From a bacterium (GTDB lineage Bacteria; Vulcanimicrobiota; JAZDOK01), in contig JAZDOK010000100.1 of assembly GCA_043798715.1 (NCBI GenBank), positions 197,645-261,644 on the forward strand: DNA of 64,000 nucleotides, written 5' to 3'. Below, piece by piece: positions 16,043 through 24,427 of the stretch. A model generated the notes under the pieces. It saw only the letters and a program-made list of their open reading frames with translations. It made no database searches and was not told the origin of the DNA. The stretch's first letter is position 1. Every line of letters starts with the position of its first letter. Both the position numbers and the translations under genes were made by a program.

Positions 16043-18412
16043 GTGATAATCGAGTCAGGGAAAAATCAAACCAGGCTCAGGCTCAGAATCCGCGGAGTAG
16101 TTCAGGGAGTGGGCTTCAGGCCCTTCATCTATGGACTGGCCGGGCATCATCGCCTGCGGGGCTTTGTTTTAAATGACGCCGAGGGCGTTCTGCTGGAGGT
16201 GGAAGGCCCGCAGGAACAGGTGAGAGCTTTCCTGGAGGAACTCCCCCGACAGGCTCCGCTGCAGTCCGTCATCAGTCAAATGGAGCCTGATTGGCTCTCC
16301 CCGGCCGGATATGGGACCTTTGAGATCCGCGAAAGCGTGAGGGGTGCCTCCCATTCGACCCTGGTCTCTTATGACATCGCCGTCTGCGCCGACTGCCTGA
16401 GCGAGATGCGCGACCCGACCGACCGCCGTTACGGCTATCCCTTCATCAACTGCACTAACTGTGGCCCCCGCTTTACGATTATAAAGGACATCCCCTACGA
16501 TCGGAACAAGACCACGATGTCCCTCTTTCCCATGTGCCCCGACTGCCGGGAGGAGTACGAGGATCCGCGCTCCCGGCGTTTCCACGCCCAACCCAACGCC
16601 TGCTTTGCCTGCGGCCCCTCTCTTACTCTGATGGATAACCGCGGAAATCTGGTTGCTGGAAGCGGGCTGATGAGCGGGCCGGCCGGGGGAAAGGACGTCT
16701 CTGAGAAAAAAGAGCTGAACAGGGAGGCCATCGCCCGGACGGCCCTGCTTCTCGGGGAGGGAAAGATCGTAGCCATCAAGGGCCTGGGCGGCTTTCACCT
16801 GGCCTGCGACGCCGAAAATCAAGAGGCGGTCTTCGCCCTGCGGAGGAGAAAAGTGCGCGAGGGCAAACCCTTCGCCCTCATGGCGCCGGACATCCGGTGG
16901 ATAAAAAATATCTGCCGGGTCAGCTCCCTTGAAGAGAATCTCCTTGAATCCGCCAGGCGGCCCATCGTACTTCTCAGAAAAAAAACTCCCTCCACCGTCG
17001 CCCCCGAGGCCGCACCCTCCCAGAAATTTCTGGGAGTCATGCTGCCCTATACGCCGCTGCATTATCTCCTTATGGAATCCGCCGGCAAAATCCTGATCAT
17101 GACCAGCGGCAATCTAAGCGACGAGCCCATCGCCTGGGAAAACGCGGAAGCGCTCGAACGCCTGAGTGCCATCGCCGATTATTTTCTCCTGCACAACCGG
17201 GATATCCACATCCGCTGCGACGACTCGGTCACCAGAATCTTTTCCGGAGCGGAACTTCCCCTCAGGCGCTCCCGCGGCTATGTCCCCTTCCCGGTTGAAT
17301 TTCCTGGAGGTTTTAAGAAGCCCCTCTTGGCCTGCGGGGGTGAACTGAAGAACACTTTCTGCTTGGGGCGGGCGGGCTTTGCCTTCGTGGGACACCACAT
17401 CGGGGACCTGGAGAACGCCGAGACGCTTCTTTCTTTTGAGGAGGGGGTCGCCCACTTTCAGAGGCTCTTCTCCATACGACCAGAAGTCGTGGCCCATGAT
17501 CTCCACCCCGAGTACCTTTCCACCAAGTATGCCCTGGCCGTAGGCTCCGGGAAAAAGATCGGGGTGCAACACCACCACGCCCACATCGCCTCCGTTATGG
17601 CCGAGCACGGCCTGGACGGGCTCCGGGATAAGGTCCTCGGGGTCGCCCTCGACGGGGCCGGCCTCGGGGAGGATGGAACGCTCTGGGGAGGGGAGTTCCT
17701 GCTGGCGGACTTTATGGGCTATGAGCGGGTGGCTCACTTTCAATCTTTCCGCCTCCTTGGAGGGGAAAAAGCCGTGCGGGAGCCCTGGCGGATGGCCCTC
17801 TCCTGCCTGTACGCGGTTTACGGCGAAGACCTCTGGAATCTTAAAATTCCCTTCCTGGCCCGCCTTAAGGATCGGGCTCTTCCCCACTGGCCGCTTTTGC
17901 GGAAGATGCTGGATGAGGGCCTGGGAAGCCCCTGGGCCTGCGGGACGGGACGTCTTTTCGACGCGGTTTCGGCGCTGCTTGGAATCTGCGAGGAGGCGCG
18001 CTACGAGGGGGAAGGCGCCGTCGGCCTGGAGATGGCCTGCGGGAAACCGCACGGCAGGCTCTATCCGCTTGAATTCGAGGGCTCCGGCCCGTATTTGATC
18101 CGGGTGGAGGAATTAATCGGAGCGGTCGTGAAAGATATCGCGACGGGGAGACCTGTTTCGGAAATTTCTTCCAATTTTCACCGGGCGCTGGCGGCGGGGA
18201 GCGCCCGGATGCTGGTTCTTCTCCGGAAGGAGAGCGGAATTCGCCGGGTGGTTCTGGGCGGAGGGGTTTTTCAGAACACTACCCTTCTTTCCCTCCTGCT
18301 CCGGCGTCTTGAGAAAGAAGACTTTGAGGTTCTTCTCCCCCGCCTTCTCCCACCCAATGACGGCGGCCTCTCCCTGGGGCAGGCGGCCGTGGCGAATGCG
18401 AGGTGTTCCTGA
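16043..18412 (+). CDS. hypF: [NiFe]-hydrogenase maturation carbamoyltransferase HypF
   Basis: 789 aa comprising an acylphosphatase domain, two Zn-finger CxxC pairs, and YrdC and Kae1-like domains. Confidence 0.9.
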   Translation: MIIESGKNQTRLRLRIRGVVQGVGFRPFIYGLAGHHRLRGFVLNDAEGVLLEVEGPQEQVRAFLEELPRQAPLQSVISQMEPDWLSPAGYGTFEIRESVRGASHSTLVSYDIAVCADCLSEMRDPTDRRYGYPFINCTNCGPRFTIIKDIPYDRNKTTMSLFPMCPDCREEYEDPRSRRFHAQPNACFACGPSLTLMDNRGNLVAGSGLMSGPAGGKDVSEKKELNREAIARTALLLGEGKIVAIKGLGGFHLACDAENQEAVFALRRRKVREGKPFALMAPDIRWIKNICRVSSLEENLLESARRPIVLLRKKTPSTVAPEAAPSQKFLGVMLPYTPLHYLLMESAGKILIMTSGNLSDEPIAWENAEALERLSAIADYFLLHNRDIHIRCDDSVTRIFSGAELPLRRSRGYVPFPVEFPGGFKKPLLACGGELKNTFCLGRAGFAFVGHHIGDLENAETLLSFEEGVAHFQRLFSIRPEVVAHDLHPEYLSTKYALAVGSGKKIGVQHHHAHIASVMAEHGLDGLRDKVLGVALDGAGLGEDGTLWGGEFLLADFMGYERVAHFQSFRLLGGEKAVREPWRMALSCLYAVYGEDLWNLKIPFLARLKDRALPHWPLLRKMLDEGLGSPWACGTGRLFDAVSALLGICEEARYEGEGAVGLEMACGKPHGRLYPLEFEGSGPYLIRVEELIGAVVKDIATGRPVSEISSNFHRALAAGSARMLVLLRKESGIRRVVLGGGVFQNTTLLSLLLRRLEKEDFEVLLPRLLPPNDGGLSLGQAAVANARCS

Positions 18413-18633
18413 TGTGTCTGGCGATTCCGGTCCGGGTTCTCTCCATCGAGGAGAACGCGGCTCTCATAGAATTCGGGGGCGTGCGGCGCCCGGTGGATCT
18501 TCGGCTCCTGGAGAATGTTCAGGTGGGGGACTATGTGCTGGTCCACGCGGGCTTTGCCATCCAGCGGCTCGACGAGGAAGAAGCCAGGAAAACCCTTGAA
18601 CTTTTTAGAGAGATTTCAGGCGAACGGCCATGA
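18403..18633 (+). CDS. hypC: Hydrogenase maturation factor HypC
   Basis: 76 aa. The MCLAIP N-terminus is the HypC hallmark. It overlaps the hypF stop. Confidence 0.85.
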   Translation: MFLMCLAIPVRVLSIEENAALIEFGGVRRPVDLRLLENVQVGDYVLVHAGFAIQRLDEEEARKTLELFREISGERP

Positions 18634-19721
18634 AATACCGGGATGAGTTTCATGACGGCGCTCTCTGCAAGGAGCTTTCCGGGCGAATCATAAAGCTGGC
18701 CGGTAATCGGCCGCTCACCTTCATGGAGGTCTGCGGGACGCACACCGTCTCCATTCACCGCTTCGGCATCAGAAGCCTGCTCCCCGGGACGGTCCGGCTC
18801 CTTTCCGGCCCCGGCTGCCCCGTCTGCGTCACTTCCGCCTCAGACATCGATCGGGCCATTGCACTGGTAACACTCCCCGACGTGATTGTGGCCACTTTCG
18901 GCGACCTTTTCCGGGTGCCCGGCACCTTCTCCAGCCTGGCCGCCGAGAGGGCTTCCGGCAGGGATGTCCGCCTTCTCTACTCGCCCCTGGAGGCGCTCCA
19001 GACAGCCCGGGAGAATCCCGGAAAGACGGTTGTTTTGATCGGGGTAGGCTTTGAGACGACGACCCCTATCCTGGCCGCCACTGTCCTTGAGGCCAGAAAA
19101 CTCAAACTTGAAAATTTTACATTGATGTGCGCCATGAAGACCATCCCCGAGGCGCTTGAGACCATCATCCGGACGCCGGAACTTAAAGTGGACGGCTTTC
19201 TTCTGCCCGGGCACCTCTCGGCGGTCACGGGAACGGCCATCTACGATTTCATCCCCGAACGCTACCGCCTGGCCTGCGCCGTGACCGGCTTTGAGCCGCT
19301 CGACATCCTCATGGGCGTCCATTCGCTGGTCAGTCAGGTCGTTGAAGGGAAGTGCCTGATCGAAAATGCCTACGGCCGGGCGGTTCCGGCGGAGGGCAAC
19401 CCAAAAGCGGTTAAAGTCATGCAGGAGGTATTTGAGCCTTGCGACGCCGCCTGGCGCGGGATCGGCCTCATCCCCCGAAGCGGCCTCCGCCTTAGGCCTG
19501 AATTTGCGGACATGGATGCCCTGAGGCGTTTTCCGCTTGAGCTTCCTCCGGCCAAAGAGCATCCCGCCTGCCTCTGCGGGCAAATACTGCGGGGGCTTAA
19601 AAGCCCGGAGGATTGTCCCCTCTTCGGGCGGGAGTGCCTCCCTGAAAATCCGGTGGGCGCCTGCATGGTCTCTTCCGAGGGCACCTGCGCCGCCCATTTC
19701 CGTTATGGAGGCCGGGGATGA
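18630..19721 (+). CDS. hypD: Hydrogenase maturation factor HypD
   Basis: 363 aa with HypD motifs (CGTHT, GPGCPVC). It overlaps hypC in an ATGA arrangement. Confidence 0.9.
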   Translation: MKYRDEFHDGALCKELSGRIIKLAGNRPLTFMEVCGTHTVSIHRFGIRSLLPGTVRLLSGPGCPVCVTSASDIDRAIALVTLPDVIVATFGDLFRVPGTFSSLAAERASGRDVRLLYSPLEALQTARENPGKTVVLIGVGFETTTPILAATVLEARKLKLENFTLMCAMKTIPEALETIIRTPELKVDGFLLPGHLSAVTGTAIYDFIPERYRLACAVTGFEPLDILMGVHSLVSQVVEGKCLIENAYGRAVPAEGNPKAVKVMQEVFEPCDAAWRGIGLIPRSGLRLRPEFADMDALRRFPLELPPAKEHPACLCGQILRGLKSPEDCPLFGRECLPENPVGACMVSSEGTCAAHFRYGGRG

Positions 19722-20728
19722 CAAACGAAAAAATTCTGCTGGGGCACGGGAGCGGAGGACGGATGACCGGCCGCCTTATTCGCGAGCACATATTAAGGCA
19801 TCTTGGAAATCCTCTTCTTGATCTTCTGGATGATGCGGCCCTGGTGGACCTTTCGGGCTGCAAGGCGGCCTTCACGACCGACTCCTACGTCGTGCGCCCC
19901 CTCTTCTTTCCCGGCGGAAACATCGGGAAACTTTCCGTCTGCGGCACCGTAAACGATCTGGCGGTCATGGGCGCCACCCCGCGCGCGCTCTCCCTGGGCC
20001 TCATCATCGAGGAGGGATTTGCGATGGAAGACCTGGAGCTGATTTTAGCCTCCATCCGGTCGACTGCGGATGAGGCGGAGGTGACGGTCGTCACCGGGGA
20101 CACCAAGGTGGTCGAGAGGGGCGCCGCCGACGGCCTTTTTATATGCACCGCCGGCATTGGTACTTTTGAGGAGGGAGCGGATCTCTCCGGGAAAAAAATA
20201 GAGGAGGGCGACGTGCTCCTGCTGAGCGGAACCATCGGGGATCACGGCGTCGCCATCTTTTCCGCCAGGGAGGAGATGCATCTTTCCTCCTCGCTTACGA
20301 GCGATTGCACTCCATTAAATCACCTGATTCTTTCGGTTCTTTCGAAAACGGACGGGGTCAAGTTCATGCGGGACCCGACCCGGGGCGGCCTGGCGGCGGT
20401 CTTAAACGAGATCGCCGCGGACACCGGCCTGGGCGTCATCATTGAAGAAAACGCGATTCCCATCCGTGAGGAGGTCCGGGCGATCTGCGATCTGGTGGGC
20501 TTTGACCCTCTGCACCTGGCCAACGAGGGGAAGGTGCTCCTGGTGGTCTCGCCGGATGAGGCGGGAACCGCCCTCGCGGCCCTTCGGCTGCATTCCCTCG
20601 GAGCGCAGGCCTCCCTCATCGGGCGCCTCACCGCAACATCCCCGGGGAAAGTCATCCTCAAGACTTCCGTTGGTGGCAGGCGCATCGTGGATCTTCCAGA
20701 ATCAGACCCCCTCCCCCGCATCTGCTAG
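19718..20728 (+). CDS. hypE: Hydrogenase maturation factor HypE
   Basis: 336 aa, a PurM-like fold, with the HypE C-terminal PRIC motif. Confidence 0.9.
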   Translation: MTNEKILLGHGSGGRMTGRLIREHILRHLGNPLLDLLDDAALVDLSGCKAAFTTDSYVVRPLFFPGGNIGKLSVCGTVNDLAVMGATPRALSLGLIIEEGFAMEDLELILASIRSTADEAEVTVVTGDTKVVERGAADGLFICTAGIGTFEEGADLSGKKIEEGDVLLLSGTIGDHGVAIFSAREEMHLSSSLTSDCTPLNHLILSVLSKTDGVKFMRDPTRGGLAAVLNEIAADTGLGVIIEENAIPIREEVRAICDLVGFDPLHLANEGKVLLVVSPDEAGTALAALRLHSLGAQASLIGRLTATSPGKVILKTSVGGRRIVDLPESDPLPRIC

Positions 20729-20795
20729 CCCAAAAAGCTCGCCGGACTCTTCGCTCGCCGCATAATGAAATACTCTGCTTTGATTATGCCGGTTC

Positions 20796-20824
20796 TTGAA
20801 ATATTATTACATATATGTTATCAT
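20796..20824 (+). promoter_or_regulatory. Sigma70-type promoter for vapBC, with an embedded palindrome (putative antitoxin operator)
   Basis: TTGAAA-17-TATCAT. The self-complementary CATATATG lies in the spacer, with ATATAT reiterated over the -10 region. Confidence 0.5.
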
Positions 20825-20842
20825 ATATTTGGGTGAGGAAAG

Positions 20843-21082
20843 ATGTTAAGAACCACGATTCTTGCAGACGAGGAGATCCTGCTCCGGCTGAGGCTTCTCG
20901 CCAAGAGGCAGAAGAAGACCCTTTCGGAAGTTATCCGCAAGGCCCTTGATACCTATCTTGAGCAAAAGACAGGGCGGAAAAAACTCTCTTTTCTCGGGGC
21001 CGGGCACAGCGGCAAAAAGAATGTTTCGGCAGCGGCGGAAGAAATCATCAATAAAAATCTTCACACCGACGAGGGTTTATAA
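20843..21082 (+). CDS. vapB: Ribbon-helix-helix (CopG/VapB-like) antitoxin
   Basis: 79 aa. The RHH-like N-terminus is followed directly by the PIN toxin gene, with a 1-nt overlap. Confidence 0.65.
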   Translation: MLRTTILADEEILLRLRLLAKRQKKTLSEVIRKALDTYLEQKTGRKKLSFLGAGHSGKKNVSAAAEEIINKNLHTDEGL

Positions 21083-21495
21083 TGCCGATTCTGGCGGACA
21101 CCGGGCCTCTATATGCCCTGGCCGATATTTCAGACGCCCATCACAAAGCCGCACGCGCTGTCTGGGAGCGTGAAGAAGAAATTTTCATCGTGCCGGTCAC
21201 TATTTTGCCGGAAGTCTGTTATCTGCTAACCAAGTACCTCGGAGCGAAAGCCGAACTCCGCTTTCTGGGGTCTCTCGCCGGCGGGGAAATGAAATTAGAG
21301 TCCCTGACCGAGGAGGACCTCGAAAGAAGCATGGAAATCCTTGAAAAATACAGGGATGCCGACTTCGGTTTTGTGGATGCCAGTCTCATGGCCATATCAG
21401 AAAGGCTCAAGATTAAAAAAGTTTTCACCCTGGACAAAAAGCATTTCAGAACCTATAAGCCCTCCCACTGCGCCTCCCTGACCCTTCTTCCCTGA
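21082..21495 (+). CDS. vapC: PIN-domain toxin VapC
   Basis: 137 aa with the PIN acidic residues (D-T-G-P N-terminus, later FVDAS). Confidence 0.75.
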   Translation: MPILADTGPLYALADISDAHHKAARAVWEREEEIFIVPVTILPEVCYLLTKYLGAKAELRFLGSLAGGEMKLESLTEEDLERSMEILEKYRDADFGFVDASLMAISERLKIKKVFTLDKKHFRTYKPSHCASLTLLP

Positions 21496-21559
21496 AAACG
21501 GCAGGGTCATGAAGGGATCCTGGGGCCTGATGCTTAACTTTTCGCCTGGAGGAATTAGC

Positions 21560-22117
21560 ATGAGCGGGAACATGGAGCATCTATTTTTCCAGGACAGGAT
21601 TGGAATTCTAAAGTGCGACATCACCCGGGTGGCGGCTGATGCGATCGTGAACGCCGCCAATCAAAGCCTGCTGGGCGGCGGAGGGGTGGACGGCGCCATC
21701 CACCGGGCGGCCGGACCGCAACTCCTCCTTGAGTGCCTGAAGCTTGGCGGCTGTCATACCGGCGATGCGAAAATAACGAAGGGTTACAGGCTTCCGGCCG
21801 GCCATGTCATCCATACGGTCGGGCCCGTCTGGCACGGGGGGACCAAGGACGAGGCGAGCCTTCTTTCCTCCTGCTACCAAAGGTGCCTGGAGATCGCGCG
21901 GGAGCATCGTCTGAACAGCATCGCCTTCCCCTCCATTTCAACGGGGGTTTACAGGTATCCCAAGGAGGATGCCTGCGGGATTGCCCTCAACACAACGCTG
22001 GAATTTGTAAAAGAAAACACCGTCCCCGAACGCATTTTATTTGTGCTCTTTTCAGAAGGGGACTTCGAGATCTACCTGAAACGCCTGGAGATCCTTGAAT
22101 CCCCCAGTTCCCATTGA
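21560..22117 (+). CDS. Macro-domain protein (ADP-ribose / O-acetyl-ADP-ribose processing, YmdB-like)
   Basis: Motifs ADAIVNAAN, GGGVDGAIHRAAG and ISTGVY. The start is uncertain; the track ORF begins at 21509. Confidence 0.75.
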   Translation: MSGNMEHLFFQDRIGILKCDITRVAADAIVNAANQSLLGGGGVDGAIHRAAGPQLLLECLKLGGCHTGDAKITKGYRLPAGHVIHTVGPVWHGGTKDEASLLSSCYQRCLEIAREHRLNSIAFPSISTGVYRYPKEDACGIALNTTLEFVKENTVPERILFVLFSEGDFEIYLKRLEILESPSSH

Positions 22118-22168
22118 TTCCGAAGAGAGGTAAATAATACTCGGGTTTCAGAATTTTGGGATGCGGCC

Positions 22169-23134
22169 TCAGGCAAGGAGCTTGCGCAGCTCCAGGATGA
22201 CCAGGATTAAGAAGTGCATGGTGCACGAGGCGCCCAGGCCTCCTGTTTCGCGGGTGGCGCGCCCGAAGAACCAGCCCAGGAAAGTAAAGAGCAGGATCTT
22301 AATCCCTGACGCCGGCAACATTTGCGGCTGGAAGTGGATGAGACCGAAGAGCAGGGCCTGCAGCAGGTTTCCTCCCGCCTCTCCCCAGTAGGCTGAGAAA
22401 AGGGGGAGAAAGATGCCGCGGAAGATCGTCTCCTCAAAAAGGGCTACAAAGGCGGCATAGAGCAAAATGGCCAGACCCAGGAGCGGCAGGGCGCCGCCCT
22501 GAATGTTGAAGATGCGCTCCCGGCAGATGGAGAAAATAAGGAAGATTAAGAAGATGCCTCCCAGCCAGAAAATAAAGCGCCCGATCACCGCCTTCCAGGG
22601 GAGCGGGTGCGGATACTTCAAAATATCCGTCCGGGCCTGCCAGTCGCCGAAGCGCAGGCGGTTTGCGAGGCAGTCCCCGGACTGCCAGAAAAAGAAACCG
22701 ACCAGCGCGGCGAGCGGCACCACGCTGTAGAGCCTGTGCAGAAAAAAATAATCCAGGTGATCGAAGGCCGCCCGACAGGGGGATGCCTGGGGAAGAAGCG
22801 GTCCGAACTTGAAAGGGAAAGCTCTAAAGAGGAGCTCTGAGCCCAGATAGCCCAGAAAGAAGACCTGCACGAAGAGGAAAATCCTGGTATAGCGCTTAAG
22901 AGGCGGAATGGAAAAAAGAAAGAGCATCCAGAGAGCGTTTATCAGGATGGCTCGCCGAAAGGCCCCGAATACTTGAAAGTAAGTTAAACTTTTTAATTCC
23001 AGGATCTGCGCCCGGGGCGAGAACAGAAATATAAGGGCCACTCCCGAGAGGAGGAGCACGAGGAGGAGTCCCCAGGTTTCCCGGGAGATACCCTGGGCCT
23101 CAGTCCGGGATTTTTTGCTTTTTAAGGTAGTCAT
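22169..23134 (-). CDS. CPBP-family intramembrane glutamic protease (CAAX protease/Abi family)
   Basis: 321 aa polytopic protein with EETIFRG and FGLIHF motifs. Confidence 0.7.
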   Translation of the reverse strand: MTTLKSKKSRTEAQGISRETWGLLLVLLLSGVALIFLFSPRAQILELKSLTYFQVFGAFRRAILINALWMLFLFSIPPLKRYTRIFLFVQVFFLGYLGSELLFRAFPFKFGPLLPQASPCRAAFDHLDYFFLHRLYSVVPLAALVGFFFWQSGDCLANRLRFGDWQARTDILKYPHPLPWKAVIGRFIFWLGGIFLIFLIFSICRERIFNIQGGALPLLGLAILLYAAFVALFEETIFRGIFLPLFSAYWGEAGGNLLQALLFGLIHFQPQMLPASGIKILLFTFLGWFFGRATRETGGLGASCTMHFLILVILELRKLLA

Positions 23135-24407
23135 AAGCTTTCATTAGAGGCCGATCTTCTCCGGGGGAGATGGAATCGGGGACCGAAATGTCGGGGGCCA
23201 GGCCCACACCGTTTAAGTTTTTTCCCAGGGGCGTGAGGTATTCCGCGGTGGTAATCTTGATAGCGGCTCCTCCCGTTAGCGAGAAGACGGTCTGCACCAG
23301 GCCCTTGCCGAAAGTTCGGCTCCCAACGAGGATCCCGGCCTTGTTCTCCGAAATGGCGGCGGCTATTACCTCGGCGGCGCTGGCGCTGCCGCCGTTCACA
23401 AGAACGACCAGGGGAAGGCCGAAGCGGAAGGGCCGCCGGGCATAGACCGGCTTTACCTGGCCGCCCTTGCGGACCTTAATGAGAGTGCCGTCCGGAACGA
23501 AAAGACTGGCCACCCGCATCCCGCCCTCAAAATCTCCCCCCGGATTGTTCCTTAAGTCCAGGATGAACTTCCCGGCTCCCCGGCCTTTCAGCGAATCAAG
23601 CCCCTCCTGCACGCGCTCTTCGGTGCTGCGGTCCACCAGGGGAATGGAGATATAGCCGATTCCTCCCCGCATCATCCGGAAGGCCGGAGGAGGAAAACAA
23701 AGATTCTCCCTGGTGAGGCGGACGGCCTGCACACTATCCCCACGTCTTAATGTCAGAGACAGGGGCGTCCCGGCTGCGCCATCCAGGAGGCTCATAGCCT
23801 TTGAAAAATTCAGGCTCCTGACGTTCTTCCCATCGATGGCGACCATCTCATCGCCGGGGCGCAGGCCGGCTTTAAAAGCCGGGGTTCCCTGAATGGCCGC
23901 CACGATGAGGAGGCGCCCGTCCTTTATGGCCAGCTCCACTCCGATTCCGGGAAAGGAGCCCCCCGTGGTCTCATTCTCGAAATTTTTTCTCGAACGGGCG
24001 TCCAGAAAGACGGAGTAGGGATCCCCGAGCCCCTCGATAATTCCCCGGATGGCCGCCTCCCCCAGGCCTCCGGCCTCCTCGGGATATCTTTCGGCGAGAG
24101 CCGAAAAGCGAAAGGTGAAATTCTCCCAGGTGAGAGACCCTTCGCCCGGTGAGAGCAGGGTGTCCTTCCCCAGGCGAGGGTATGAGGCGGCCATCTCCCG
24201 GACAGCCCCCTTGAGGAGACTTTCCTCTTCGACGGGGCGATAATAATTTTTTTGCACGAGCAGAAGGACCCTTCTGATATAGCCTGTAATGAGAAATGTG
24301 GACTCCCTCTCGCTGGAGAAGGAGGAAGATGGAAGAATCACCGCCAAAATAATACTAAGTAAGAGAAGGAGGAACCTGGATGGCTTTCTCGTAGTATAAT
24401 ATTTCAT
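23100..24407 (-). CDS. ctp: Carboxy-terminal processing (tail-specific) protease, S41 family, with PDZ domain
   Basis: 435 aa with a signal peptide, a PDZ domain and the S41 GGSASAAE active-site region. Confidence 0.8.
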   Translation of the reverse strand: MKYYTTRKPSRFLLLLLSIILAVILPSSSFSSERESTFLITGYIRRVLLLVQKNYYRPVEEESLLKGAVREMAASYPRLGKDTLLSPGEGSLTWENFTFRFSALAERYPEEAGGLGEAAIRGIIEGLGDPYSVFLDARSRKNFENETTGGSFPGIGVELAIKDGRLLIVAAIQGTPAFKAGLRPGDEMVAIDGKNVRSLNFSKAMSLLDGAAGTPLSLTLRRGDSVQAVRLTRENLCFPPPAFRMMRGGIGYISIPLVDRSTEERVQEGLDSLKGRGAGKFILDLRNNPGGDFEGGMRVASLFVPDGTLIKVRKGGQVKPVYARRPFRFGLPLVVLVNGGSASAAEVIAAAISENKAGILVGSRTFGKGLVQTVFSLTGGAAIKITTAEYLTPLGKNLNGVGLAPDISVPDSISPGEDRPLMKAYDYLKKQKIPD

Positions 24408-24427
24408 GGTATGTCTCGCACTCTAAA

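Noticed and set aside
16169-18052. Long antisense ORFs (16169..17062 -, 17114..18052 -) within hypF
   Set aside because: They lie opposite a strongly conserved HypF reading frame. They are typical high-GC antisense ORFs.
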